Below are positions 1 to 18,769 of a stretch of DNA of 64,000 bases, piece by piece. The DNA is from Octopus vulgaris (taxonomy: Eukaryota). Within the stretch, counting starts at the first letter, position 1. Each line of letters opens with the position of its first letter. The translations under genes were made by a program, and so were the position numbers. The DNA lies in NCBI GenBank assembly GCA_951406725.2, contig OX597833.1:41168001-41232000 (forward strand). Reading direction: 5' to 3'. Below the pieces are notes generated by a model that did no database searches, was not told the DNA's origin, and was given only the letters and a program-made list of their open reading frames with translations.

Positions 1-84
1 TATTTCTCATTTTTGCTTATATAAATTGTCTTGCGAAAACCGAAAGGACACGAATAGTTTCTTCAGTACGTATGTGGGTGGTTA

Positions 85-1732
85 GGATCTTTTCGGTTTG
101 ACCGGCAGTTTTTTTTTAATAATTTCCACGTAACTAAACACTTTTAAATTTCGTATACTGGTAGAATCTCTTCTCTATATATATAAAAGGCAGTTTGTCT
201 GTCTGTGTGTCTGTCAGGTTGTACCCTCACCCTGACCACGACTTTCAACCGATTCTGATGAAACTTGACACACACATAGCCCAATGTCATAATTCAAAAC
301 TAACACAGCGAAAATTTTGAAAAGTTCCCCCAGTTCTGAAAAAAATCGATAAATTCGACATGGGGTCGAGAATCTAAGCTTATCATATGCAGCACATTTT
401 CCGTTGTAGTTTTCGCAACTTGCAATCGATTTTCACCAAACTCATGGTGAAGCTAAATGTTACCCTAAGGAACTTAATTCTGACGTTAGTTTTCCATGCA
501 ATACCTTACCATCAGAAAAAATCGATAAAATCATGCCATTTGGGGAAATCGCGTCCAAATTCAAGATGACATATTTTCGACAATATCTTTAACAAATTGG
601 CAGGAATTTTTTTTGAAATTCACAGCGAGCATCATGTCTGCTCCAAGAAGCTATATGGCCCTTTTGATTCCAATAGGATACGTTATTAATGGAAAAAAAT
701 CGGTTAATTACATCATATGTGGCACACATAGCAAACCGATTTTTCTGCGATATTTTTTGAAAGTTCACATAGATTTTCCCTACACCGATGTTGGACATCA
801 AGTTTGCATTAAATGTCAAACTAACGACCTTTTGTCAATGCAGTTAACAAGTATTGGGAGAAATCGACAAAACCATATCACTTTGAGACCGACCATGCGA
901 ACCCTACAAAACTGACTTTTGTTAAATAGTTGGCGGATTTCAGGCGATTTAGTCGATTTTTGCCGCTTTTATCATAAAGGTTACTCGAAATGGCATATGT
1001 TTTCCTTGTGTAGATGCGTTAAGTTATGATTAGGTAGGGCTTAGCTGTGGTCCGAACCCAACTTGGGTTAGAGGGAGCCGTGTCAAAAGGGCCGGCATGT
1101 GCAACCTTATCACCTCTGCCTGTCAAACTCCCAACCCATGCGTTCCCGTCGCGACACTGATCCCGCAGAACTGGGCTGGGTGTGCTAAAGAAAACCAGAA
1201 AATGCACTTTGACTGTAATAGATTTTCTTCATGCATGCAAGGGAACGGTGCCTTGAATGCCTTAATGCCTTTTAGGCTTCATTTTAGAAAATAACGGTTC
1301 AATGAGTACAAAAAGGGTAAAAAGGTAAAGGGCATTGCTTATCGACAAAGTTTCTTACATACACGGGCAACGCCGAGCTATGCTGCTAGTGTGTTTATAA
1401 AACATCTTTTTCTCTTGGCTTTATTGAGAAAATTCTATAGTTTGTAAGATATTTGTTGTTGTTTTTTCTTCAATTTCTGCAATTTCAACCAATCAATGAC
1501 GTCTATTGAGGTGAAAACATTCTGTGCCGTATGAATATGTCCCTCGTTTAAGAAACAGATTGGGTTTATTTACATTTCTGAAGAAAAAAAGATACCCCCC
1601 ACCCCACCCCTAACCCTAACCCCAACCCTAAAACAGATTGAAATGCAATAGATCGATACTAGGGTCATAATTATGAGTGACAATTTCATATGACACCGCT
1701 AGAAAAAACTGCCGTTCAAACCGAAAAGATCC
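85..1732. mobile_element. TIR MITE (Mutator-like by TSD length), interrupted by a Helitron
   Basis: TIRs GGATCTTTTCGGTTTGA.CGGCAGTTTT and AAAACTGCCGTTCAAACCGAAAAGATCC. A 9-bp TSD GGGTGGTTA flanks both ends. An uninterrupted copy lies at 53042-53455. Confidence 0.85.
167..1389 (+). mobile_element. Non-autonomous Helitron nested in the MITE
   Basis: Starts with TC and ends with CTAG after a GC-rich subterminal motif (CGGGCAACGCCG). Inserted between A and T without TSD; the empty site GGTAGAA|TGTGTTTATAAAAC is seen in the MITE copies near 11117 and 53122. Confidence 0.88.
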
Positions 1733-2249
1733 GGGTGGTTATATTCCTGGGTGTTTGCAAACATCATTTAAAATGATTTCCATTTGGTTTCTATGTCTAA
1801 AACTTGGCTTGGTTAGTATATCTATCGTTGGTATTGTTTGTTGTATTCTGAGGATTTCTTTATCGCAGGCTTACTTTGTGAATCAAAATCAAAATACTCT
1901 TCAAAGTTGAGATTTTACCAGAGAGATTTCAAATCTGTGTAGGCACTTTCTGTTTAATTTATATACGTAAAAACATATTTATGTGGGCTGTCTCTATTTA
2001 AGCAGCATATGCATATAATTGTGTCTTTGGTGTAACCGGACATGTTACAGCTATTGTTTTCGCTTTGAATGTTTATATCTAAAACTGGAGTCATTGCATT
2101 GGTCGGAGTTATATTTCATCTGTTCTAAGTGTTGAATTTTAATAGGGAATTGTTTTCTAGGACGTCGTCCGGTGTGTATATTACGACCAATATAATGTCC
2201 ATATGCCGGAAGCATACAGCATGTAATACACATAATGAATATATATGTA

Positions 2250-2329
<80 letters not shown>

Positions 2330-2384
2330 TATGTATATATATTAAGAACCAACTTACTTAGGAATGGATGCGTGCGTTCCGTCA

Positions 2385-2672
2385 TATAATAACAAATTAA
2401 TAAATAAAACATATGCATATATACATACATATATGTACGTACCTACATCTACATGTATATATACATGCATATATGGGTACAGGACACCAAAACAACGTCG
2501 AACACAATGAGAAACGGAAACATAAACTGAATTTAAAGTAATTTATGTTTTCGTTTCTCATTGTGTTCAACGTTTTTTTGGTGTCCTGTATCCATATATG
2601 CATGTATATATACATGTAGATGTAGGTACGTACATATATGTATATATGCATATGTTTTATTTATTAATTTGT

Positions 2673-2680
<8 letters not shown>
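2385..2680. repeat. Near-perfect ~150-bp-arm palindrome in a (TA)n context
   Basis: 2385-2525 is the reverse complement of 2540-2680 (ATAACAAATTAATAAATAAAAC...GAGAAACG vs CGTTTCTC...GTTTTATTTATTAATTTGTTAT). Confidence 0.85.
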
Positions 2681-2715
<35 letters not shown>

Positions 2716-2719
2716 CACT

Positions 2720-2894
2720 ACAGTTCTATATTTAAGAGATGAGGAATTATGTACATTATTTACATTTGACGGATATTTGTCCTCATCTTGTTTGTTGTTG
2801 ACACAACGTTTTGGCTGATATACCCTCCAGCCTTCGTGAGATGTCTTGGGGAAATTTCGAACCTGGGTTCTCATTTCTAAGGTATTTTTCGATG

Positions 2895-2969
<75 letters not shown>

Positions 2970-3149
2970 TCAGTGACCTGAATAATAATAATAATAATAA
3001 CATCGAAAAATACCTTAGAAATGAGAACCCAGGTTCGAAATTTCCCCAAGACACCTCACGAAGGCTGGAGGGTATATCAGCCAAAACGTTGTGTTAACAA
3101 CAAACAAGATGAGGACAAATATCCGTCAAATGTAAATAATGTAAATAAT
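2720..3149. mobile_element. Inverted pair of a short PLE-type (pLTR/retrozyme-like) repeat around (ATT)n, with decayed HHR cores
   Basis: 2750-2895 and 2998-3145 are reverse complements. The same family recurs at 42160-42345 (-) and 43318-43460 (+), where the core reads CTGATGA...GAAA; here it reads CTCACGA...CAAAAC. Confidence 0.75.
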
Positions 3150-3156
3150 ATATACA

Positions 3157-3836
3157 CTAGCTTAAAAGTAGCACTCCGTGCGGACTTTTATGATAGCTCC
3201 TGCGGAGGGCTAATTGGGCCTGCACCCCAAAACTAAAGAGAGCAATAATAATAAAGCATTTATTGGTACCCTACCAATATGGCATTAACTTACTAATATG
3301 GTATTACTTTAAATTGAGTTTAGATGAAAAACTTGTAAGTTCACAAATTTTGCAGTTCCTTTAAAATTTGGATTTTAAACTGTTAGCATATAACAAATTC
3401 TCATCCAGACCTGATCTCAATGCTGGATTTCAAGAACCAAATGAAGGACAGAATTTTAATCCCAGGATCATCCCGATTCCAAAAAGGTATAATATGTCTA
3501 TGTAGAACAAATGTAGACTGAGATATCGGCGTCTCGGACGGACGGACGGACGGAATGACGGACGGACGGAATGACGGACGGGCGGATGGGCGGATGGATG
3601 GACGGACGGACGGACGGACGGACGGATGGACGGATGGACGGACGGACGGACGGACGGACGGACGGACGGACGGACGGACGGACGGACGGACGGACGGATG
3701 GACGGATGGACGGACGGATGGATGGACGGATGGACGGACGGACGGACGGACGGACGGACGGACGGACGGACGGACGGACGGATGGACGGATGGACGGACG
3801 GACGGACTGAAAGAATTTCGCGTTAATTATTATAGA
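3157..3836 (-). mobile_element. Non-autonomous Helitron with internal (GGAC)n/(GGAT)n array
   Basis: Minus strand reads A|TCTATAATAATTAACGCGAAATTC ... hairpin GCACGGAGTGC ... CTAG|T. Confidence 0.82.
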
Positions 3837-4074
3837 TACAAGAACAGTGTGAGATAATGACGGGTGCTTATGTGCAAAGAGTGTGTATGATGTTTTATGG
3901 TGTAGAGAACATACGTGTTCTCTAATTCAAAACAATGTGAATGAACAAGCATTACATTTTACTGAGTAATCTGTGAATGCTAAAAGGCTAAAAGAAAGAT
4001 CACAACAGATATTTTAGAATCAGAAAAAGAAAAAATTGAAATGGTGAAGCCTGCAATCTCACACTATTCTTATA

Positions 4075-4322
4075 TCTATAATAATAAACGCGAAATTCTC
4101 TCCGTCCGTCCGTCCAAGACACCGGTATCTCAGTCTACATTTGTTCTACATAGACATATTGTACCTTTTTGGAATCAGGATGATCCTGGGATTCAAAATC
4201 TGTCCTTCATTTGTTTCTTGAACATCCAGCATTGAGGTCAGGTTTGGATGAAAATTTGTTATATGCTAACAGTCGAAAATCCAAATTTTGAAAGAACTCC
4301 AAAATTTGTGAACTGACAAGTT
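4075..4322 (+). mobile_element. 5' part of a second copy of the same Helitron family, opposite orientation
   Basis: TCTATAATAATAAACGCGAAATTCTCTCCGTCCGTCC... matches the reverse complement of 3330-3836 with a short TCCG array. The 3' end is absent. Confidence 0.75.
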
Positions 4323-4741
4323 TTTTTTTATCTTCAGTCTATTCGTTCACAACTATCCCGAGGCTAAATTTGTAGGCCTGGACAGAACATGAAACATACC
4401 AACAGAAAATGCCATACAACCCATCACTGCAGGTCGGTGTGCAGTATGAAATGGCTCTAGATGTCAGGCAGAGACATGGTGAAACTGGAGCGACAGAATC
4501 TGTGGCCCATACCAAGTAATGTGGCTAACTACCTGTGTGCCATAAGACCTTTTGATCAGAGGATCACTTCGAGTTATAAGAAACATCTATTGTGTTGAAT
4601 AAGATATATTTACGTGTACATACGTGGAAGATTGGAGTGTTTCTCAGTGTAAGGTAATACATTAATTGTATCGGTGAACCTGTATTGCTAATGCATGGTG
4701 CGGGTAAGCTGTGCAGGCGCAGGCATGTCTGTGTAAGGGCT

Positions 4742-4910
4742 AACATGGCTATGTGATTAAAAAGTTCGCTTCGCAAATACTTGGTTTCGGATTCGGTCCC
4801 ACTGTGTAGCACCTTCGGCAAGTGTCTTCTATCATAAAGCAAGATTGACGTACTAACCGACGCACTGTGAGTGAATTTGGTTGAGAGAAACTGTGTGAAA
4901 GCCCGTTATA
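4742..4910 (+). mobile_element. Diverged tRNA-derived SINE, family B
   Basis: Similar to 16421ff: TGGCT.TGTG...GTCCCACTG.GT.GCACCTT.GGCAAGTGTCTTCT...GTGAGTG.ATTTGGT. Confidence 0.65.
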
Positions 4911-5350
4911 TATTCTTTACTAGCAACAGAAATAATATTTATTCAGAATAGTAATCTGTATATCATACTTAGTTATATATCATTGGAAGTCTGCTAAACT
5001 GCTGTAATCGTCTCGAGAAAGCATCTCTTATAAACGAATAGTGTTGAAAACACAGAAATATATAAGCAACAGCAGAAAATTGTCCAGAAAGACTGTGACA
5101 GTGGCATTGTTAAATACGTATTTCTGCTTCTTTGAGAATCGTCAGAAGATATATCTGCGTTAAGTATGATATACACATCTTTATTTTGATTTTTGCTTCT
5201 TTATTTTCATTCATGATGCTTTGTGTGCGTATTGTAAATTAATTTCAGTTTAGTAGACCAAAGCCCACACCAGCAAATGTATAACTTATTATTTCTTATA
5301 TAGAGGGACAAAAGTTCAGTCCCAGCTCCAGATGGTTGAGACCGTATCTA

Positions 5351-5390
5351 CCACGGAGGAGGCGAAATCATGCCGAAACACCGTGTCTGG
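5351..5390 (+). ncRNA. Degenerate minimal type I hammerhead motif
   Basis: cca-CGGAGGA-ggc(gaaatcat)gcc-GAAAC-accgt-GTC-tgg. Stems I-III pair, but the core deviates from CUGANGA. Confidence 0.45.
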
Positions 5391-5582
5391 AATTCCAGTG
5401 TGATTATTTGGAGCTCAGCTCGTCACACTTTTTATACACAAGTCTATCGTCAGAAATTTTTATCCCAAGCAAAATTTCTAAGCGAAAACCTTTCTTTTTC
5501 TGGCGTACAAAAACGTGATAAAATCGAATGCACACATGTATATCTGTCTATTTATCTATCTATATTTCTCTTTCTCACTCTC

Positions 5583-5646
<64 letters not shown>

Positions 5647-5889
5647 GCGTTGTGTAGACTTTTCATTTCAGAGTGCTCCAGCTGACAAAAATGAGTAATA
5701 CTACGACAGACGGGCGTCTCGTCATGGGAGGAATATATACGCCATGAGTCTGTATGGCTCGGGAAGGACCATGAAAACCGAGTATTCGGACTTATGAGTT
5801 TTAGGCCTTGACACAGTAGTATTCAAGGGACTTACTACTATGTTTGTATGCGTGTGAGGTGTTAAGGGTATGTAAACCTATAAACTTAA

Positions 5890-6122
5890 GGCGGCGAGAT
5901 GGCAGAAACGTTAGCACGCAGGGCGAAATGCGTAACCGTATTTCGTCTGCCGTTACGTTCTGAGTTCAAATTCCGCCCAGGTCGACTTTGCCTTTCATCC
6001 TTTCGGGGTCGATAAATTAAGTACCAGTTACGCACTGGGGTCGATGTAATCGACTTAATCCGTTTGTCTGTCCTTGTTTGTCCTCTCTGTGTTTAGCCCC
6101 TTGTGGGTAGTAAAAAAATAGG
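5890..6122 (+). mobile_element. tRNA-derived SINE, family A
   Basis: GGCGGCGAG.TGGCAGAAACGTTAGCACGC head and B-box-like GAGTTCAAATTCC. At least 8 copies in the window. Confidence 0.85.
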
Positions 6123-6247
6123 TATGTAAACCTATATTATCTTATGTTCTTTCCTTATTTGAAACAGGAGACAGTTATTTGAGGGGTATTTAAATATTAT
6201 TTTTAAAAGGTCTGAAGCGTCTCTTAACAAGTATGTGGATGTGTGGT

Positions 6248-10780
<4,533 letters not shown>

Positions 10781-11035
10781 ACAACAACAACGATTTATTT
10801 AAAACGCTGTCATTTGTTATGTTTCTTAAATTAGATATTGCCATTTTTTTGTGAATATTTATGCGTGTATGCGCGTATTTACGTACATATATATGTGCGT
10901 GTGTTTGCATATTTATATATATATATATCTATAAATACTATATATATTCACCCAAATATCTGTATAGATATGCATATATGTGTACACATGTGTATATCCG
11001 TATGTGAATGAATGTATGCGTGTGTAGATAGATAG

Positions 11036-11555
11036 GATATTTTCCTTTTGAACGGCAGTTTTCAACACAATTTCTAGTTAACTAAACACTTTTAAACTTC
11101 GTATGCTGGTAGAATGTGTTTATAAAACATTTTTTTGTTGGCTTTTTTGAGAAAATTCTATATGTTGTTACATATTTCGACTTTAATTTCGAGCATTTCG
11201 GCAATTTTAACCAATCGCTGACCTCCATTTGGAGTGAAAACATTCCGTGCTGTATGAATATGTCCCTCGTTTAAGAAACAGATTGGGTTTATTTACATTT
11301 GCGAAGAAAAAAAGATACCCTTCCCTCACCCCTAACCCTAACCCTAACCCTAACCCTACCCCTAACCCTAACCCTAACCATAACCATAACTCTAACCCTA
11401 ACCCTAAAATAGATTGAAATGCAATAGATCGATACTAGGGTTATAATTATGGGTGACAATTTCATACGACACCGCTACGAAAAATGGGATATTTTTCTAG
11501 CGATGTCAAATGAAATTGTCACCCATAATTATAGCCCTAGTATCGATCTATTGCA
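11036..11555. mobile_element. Related TIR MITE copy with expanded (CCCTAA)n and a terminal foldback
   Basis: Homologous to 85-1732 and 53042-53455. About 12 CCCTAA-like units at 11330-11408. 11418-11485 is inverted at 11492-11555. Confidence 0.8.
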
Positions 11556-11614
11556 TAGATAGATAGATAGATGTAGCAGGCTACATACCACGCAATCACC
11601 CCTGCGCCTATATA

Positions 11615-11670
<56 letters not shown>

Positions 11671-11686
11671 ATGTTACATTACTCGG

Positions 11687-11760
11687 TAGTCAAGATAAAA
11701 CTCTGAGTTTCAGATGCCGAAGTGGAAATCCACAACACCATCTCATCGGTTATCTGGCTA
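11687..11760 (-). ncRNA. Type I hammerhead ribozyme motif in the PLE1 3' pLTR (CCGAUGA core variant)
   Basis: Minus strand: tagccagataa-CCGATGA-stem II-GAAACTCAGAGTT-ttatcttgacta. Stem III is the palindrome ACTC/GAGT. Confidence 0.7.
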
Positions 11761-11941
11761 TTTGAAAACGTTATGAAAAAATATACCGTTAAAAATGAAG
11801 GGAAATTACTCTGTTATAACTCTGCTTTGCCTGCGTACTTATACATCGCTCGCATTTTTCGTCATAAAAATTATATAAAAATACATAAAAATATATAAAA
11901 ATATATAAAATCTTCTTGGGACATAACACAGAAAGCATGTT

Positions 11942-13516
11942 CTATCCGTTTTCTTTAGGGGACCAAAAACGTAACAGAAATTTAGTCACATGTGGGCATG
12001 ATCCAAAAAGTTCTGTCCTTGTATTTAGACATGTGGTAGGGTCTAAGCTGCTTTTCCAGATAAGCCATCTCTCCATGTCGCATAAACCGCACCTTCCGCT
12101 GCCGTTAGTATAGGGCTTACATCTGGCCAAAATCTTCCATTGTATGTTATAATCGACACCTTTATCTCTTAAAGACCAAATATGATTGGATAATTGTGTC
12201 GCTTTTCTTTTGTTCCAGTGCCTAAAGCTCAAAGTGTGGTTATTGAACCTGGCCTTGAAATTACCCTCTGTCAGGCCCACGTATTTCTTCGTCGAAACGG
12301 TGTCTTTAGTGGTTATAGAGTTTACGGTAGCTTCATATATGATGGTCTTGGACATGCAAGCTCCATTTAGCGGGCACAATTCTTTATTCCTGCATGAACA
12401 GCTGTTTTCTTCTTGTGTTTTTTGTATGTTATGATTGATTATGTTTTTAAAATTGGTAGTTGAACTAAAACTAATTTTTAAATTGTGTCTATTGAAGAGT
12501 TTCCTATAAGCATGGTTAACTGGGAAATGTCTATCTATCAGTGCTAGGAAATATTTACCTATATTGAAGGCCACCTCGGGTGAGTAAGGGGGCGTAAACC
12601 AGATGACCTTCCTATTTCTATTATTCCTTTTCCTTATTGTTGGGCTGGTGATAGGTGTATATTTTATTTTTTCGCTAAAACCACTATCTTTTAAAGCTTT
12701 ATTATAAACTGGGGCAACGCTATTGAAGATGTCCTCATTAGATGAGAGGCTAGAAATCCTCTTACTAATATTTTTAACTAAATTTTTGAATACTATAGGG
12801 GGATGGCATGAACCTACATTAATATAACTTAGTCTATCATTGGGCTTCCTATAAGGCTTATAAATATTATTATTAAGATCTAAGGAAACGTCTAAGAAAT
12901 TGACAACCGTCAGGTTAGTGTCTATAGTTATACTAAGTCCGAAGTGTTTCATTAACTGGATAATATCCTTCCTAAAACGATCTTGTGTTGGTCCATTTGT
13001 ATTAGCTGTTAAGGCGAGGGCATCATCTTTGTAGATGGCGAAATGTACGTTAGGGAATGTCTTACCGAAGGTATCTAGGAGAAAGAGTCCAATTAGATCA
13101 CAGATGCCTGCCCCATCATATGAACCCATGCTCACATCGAAAGCGCCCTCCGTGTCGGTGTTTTTTACCCACTTTGCATTCTCACTGAAAAGTAATGTCT
13201 TTCTAGCATGGAAGATTATATCCTTATCATTGGTACTAATTTCTATGAAGTCACTAGCGAAGATTAGGGCTTTATCTAGCAGTTCTTTAGAGATAGAGGC
13301 ATAAAAATCAACAATATCGAATTGTGTAAACCTCGCTTTTTTCTTATTCTTAATAGCTTTAAACCAGTCTACGACTTCTATACTATTGGACCATTGCACT
13401 AGCCTAGTATCGGTCTTAATTTTCGTATTTATTTTATCTAAAATTTCTTTGCTAATAATCCCTAGTTCTGACTTGGCTGGGTTGATAAGCCTACATTTAG
13501 GGTTGGCATCTGAAAC
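11942..13516 (-). CDS. PLE reverse transcriptase + GIY-YIG endonuclease (N-truncated; frame stays open upstream of the GTG at 13399)
   Basis: Motifs RLINPAKSELG, WSNSIEVVDWF, FDIVDFYASI, MGSYDGAGICDLIG, YKDD, NFLDV, YRKP, S.HPP, CSC..CPL.G.C, IIY...YVG, R..NH, C.LC. Confidence 0.92.
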   Translation of the reverse strand, partial: VSDANPKCRLINPAKSELGIISKEILDKINTKIKTDTRLVQWSNSIEVVDWFKAIKNKKKARFTQFDIVDFYASISKELLDKALIFASDFIEISTNDKDIIFHARKTLLFSENAKWVKNTDTEGAFDVSMGSYDGAGICDLIGLFLLDTFGKTFPNVHFAIYKDDALALTANTNGPTQDRFRKDIIQLMKHFGLSITIDTNLTVVNFLDVSLDLNNNIYKPYRKPNDRLSYINVGSCHPPIVFKNLVKNISKRISSLSSNEDIFNSVAPVYNKALKDSGFSEKIKYTPITSPTIRKRNNRNRKVIWFTPPYSPEVAFNIGKYFLALIDRHFPVNHAYRKLFNRHNLKISFSSTTNFKNIINHNIQKTQEENSCSCRNKELCPLNGACMSKTIIYEATVNSITTKDTVSTKKYVGLTEGNFKARFNNHTLSFRHWNKRKATQLSNHIWSLRDKGVDYNIQWKILARCKPYTNGSGRCGLCDMERWLIWKSSLDPTTCLNTRTELFGSCPHVTKFLLRFWSPKENG

Positions 13517-13628
13517 TCAGAGTTTTATCTTGACTACCGAGTAATGTAACATATTGTATAGATAAATTTCCTCTATTTACATAATATTGAGGTCTCTTTC
13601 TTTCTTTTGTTATCTTACCGTTTTATCA

Positions 13629-13659
<31 letters not shown>

Positions 13660-14039
13660 AAATGCACAGTATCATATGAAACATTGAAACAAGTGTGCAA
13701 TATCTAAGGTTTTGCTCTCAATAAAATAGATATATCCAATATTCCAAATATACTGAAACTTTTCATGAATTGTGAATTACCAATCCATATATGTGCGCGT
13801 GTGCGTGTGTGTGTGTGTGTATTGTGCCTTGCTTTGTATATCACTCTGTGTAAAAGACCAGCATAACAGGAACATAACCATGGATTTACAATATAGAATA
13901 ATGATGAACTATAACCTCGGACACCTGCCACCAGAATACGCGCAGTTCTTTGGCCAGGTGTACTAACAGAGAGCTTGTAAAATATCTTGCACAGATTGAT
14001 AATCCCGCACGAATAATTCTATTTTTGCATATATATATA

Positions 14040-15960
<1,921 letters not shown>

Positions 15961-16319
15961 TGAGCGTGGGTGAGTGTGTGTGTGTATTTACTGTTCTTCG
16001 TGAATTTCAAGCCATTCGCTAAGAAAGTGACAAGACTTCTAGAGTTAAGAAAGTTCCCGGGTTTTGCAAATATGCGGCTGTGTTATTGTGTGCGCATATA
16101 TGTAGGCGTATGCAGCTGCACTTATGTGCTGTGTGAACGTGCCTCATGTCTCTTTAGTACATTAGCACTTAAACATTTGTATGTGTCTGTCTGTGTTCAT
16201 ATTTATAAAATAATGTAACATTTGACATTGAAGTCAATGTCTGGAGTAGAGACAATAGATATGTTCGTTTCAAAAGCTGTCAGTCAACTCTGAGTTTCGC
16301 CCACGGATTGGCTGTTTGC

Positions 16320-16380
<61 letters not shown>

Positions 16381-16420
16381 TACATACATACATATATATG
16401 CATGCATATATATATATATA

Positions 16421-16820
16421 GGCGCAGGAGTGGCTGTGTGGTAAGTAGCTTGCTTACCAACCACATGGTTCCGGGTTCAGTCCCACTGCGTGGCATCTTG
16501 GGCAAGTGTCTTCTGCAATAGCCCCGGGCCGACCAATGCCTTGTGAGTGGATTTGGTAGATGGAAACTGAAAGAAGCCTGTCGTATATATGTATATATAT
16601 GTATGTGTATGTGTATAAGTTTGTTTGTCTGTGTTTGTCCTTCCAACATCGCTTGACAACCGATGCTGGTGCGTTTATGTCCCCGTCACATAGCGGTTCG
16701 GCAAAAGAGACCGATAGAATAAGTACTGGGCTTACAAAAGAATAAATCTCGGGGTCGATTTGCTCGACTAAAGGCGGTGCTCCAGCATGGCCGCAGTCAA
16801 ATGACTGAAACAAGTAAAAG
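16421..16820 (+). mobile_element. tRNA-derived SINE, family B (full length)
   Basis: A-box TGGCTGTGTGG, B-box GGTTCAGTCC, CORE-like CCTTGGGCAAGTG, tail GGTGCTCCAGCATGGCCGCAG. Confidence 0.85.
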
Positions 16821-16834
16821 AGAGAGAAAGATAT

Positions 16835-16903
<69 letters not shown>

Positions 16904-17614
16904 GAAACACATTGTTTATATAAAATGAATTCGTTTCTCACGACTGGAGTCTCACGTCATGTAAATACGTGATTGCGTAATCAACATTGCAGGAAAAGAG
17001 TAGCAGCCATCGAACTAACCAATAAAAAAGCGATAAAACAATGGCGATGAGAACGGAAACAGACATGAATTCAAATTATATATAAAAAGAAAAATCATAA
17101 TCCGGTCTTAATAGTGAAAACCAACCAATAGAAAGATTGAATATTCAACACTTTGGCAAATGAAAGAACCGCAATCATAACGTATTGTATAATGAGATCT
17201 GGGTTATACAATTTCGAGCAAAAGAACCGGATCCTCACACATTGTTCTTTTTTAATATATGTATGCACTGGGGCCCCATAACAAGAAGAGTAAAAATATT
17301 TAAAAACCTAATAAAATCGGCAGCCATTCACAAAAAAAGGAAATGAACTCAATGTAATTTTTTATGTTTTAGTTGTTTTCAGTCATTAGACTGCGGCCAT
17401 GCTGGAATATCGCCTTGAAGATTTTTTTTGATTTTTTTTTTTTGCAGTCGAACGAATCGATACCCATACTTAATATTTAAAGCCTGATACTTATTCTGTT
17501 TCTTTTGCCGAAGCGCTAAGTTAAGAGGACGTAAACACACCAACACCGGTTGTCAAGCGGTGGTGGGGTGACAAGTACAGACACAAAGAAGATCACACAC
17601 ATGTATGTATACAG

Positions 17615-17652
<38 letters not shown>

Positions 17653-17693
17653 TTACATATATTTATATATACTTACATATATTTATATATATG

Positions 17694-17749
<56 letters not shown>

Positions 17750-17800
17750 TGAGAGAGAGAGACATACATACATATATATGCATGCATATATATATATATA

Positions 17801-18200
17801 GGCGCAGGAGTGGCTGTGTGGTAAGTAGCTTGCTTACCAACCACATGGTTCCGGGTTCAGTCCAACTGCGTGGCACCTTGGGCAAGTGTCTTCTGCAATA
17901 GCCCCGGGCCGACCAATGCCTTGTGAGTGGATTTGGTAGATGGAAACTGAAAGTAGCCTGTCGTATATATGCATATATATGTATGTGTGTGTGTATAAGT
18001 TTGTTTGTCTGTGTTTGTCCCCCTAGCATTGCTTGACAACCGATGCTGGTGTGTTTACGTCCCCGTCACATAGCGGTTCGGCAAAAGAGACCGATAGAAT
18101 AAGTACTGAGCTTACAAAGAATAAATCCCGGGGTCGATTTGCTCGACTAAAGGCGGTGCTCCAGCATGGCCGCAGTCAAATGACTGAAACAAGTAAAAGA
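17801..18200 (+). mobile_element. tRNA-derived SINE, family B (duplicate of 16421-16820)
   Basis: Near-identical to 16421-16820. Confidence 0.85.
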
Positions 18201-18209
18201 GAGAGAAAG

Positions 18210-18260
<51 letters not shown>

Positions 18261-18769
18261 GAAACACATTGTTTATATAAAATGAATTCGTTTCTCACGA
18301 CTGGAGTCTCACGACTGGAGTCTCACGACTGGAGTCTCACGTCATGTAAATACGTGATTGCGTAATCAACATTGCAGGAAAAGAGTAGCCATCGAACTAA
18401 CCAATAAAAAAGCGATAAAACAATGGCGATGAGAACGGAAACAGACATGAATTCAAATTATATATAAAAAGAAAAATCATAATCCGGTCTTAATAGTGAA
18501 AACCAACCAATAGAAAGATTGAATATTCAGCAATTTGGCAAATGAAACAACCGCAATCATAACGTATTGTATAATGAGATCTGGGTTATACAATTTCGAG
18601 CAAAAGAACCGGATCCTCACACATTGTTCTTCTTTAATATAGGTATGCACTGGGGCTCCATAACAAGAAGAGTAAAAATATTTAAAAACCTAATAAAATC
18701 GGCAGCCATTCACAAAAAAGAAATGAACTCACTTTAATCTTTTATCTTTTAGTTGTTTTCAGTCATTAG

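Larger units (their letters stand above)
11666..13630 (-). mobile_element. Penelope-like retroelement 1, 5'-truncated with inverted pLTR, inserted in (TA)n
   Basis: RT + GIY-YIG ORF. 11666-11718 is inverted at 13506-13558. (TA)n on both flanks, HHR at the 3' end. Confidence 0.92.

Noticed and set aside
3555-3857. (TDGR)n repeat protein ORFs
   Set aside because: This is the (GGAC)n array inside a Helitron.
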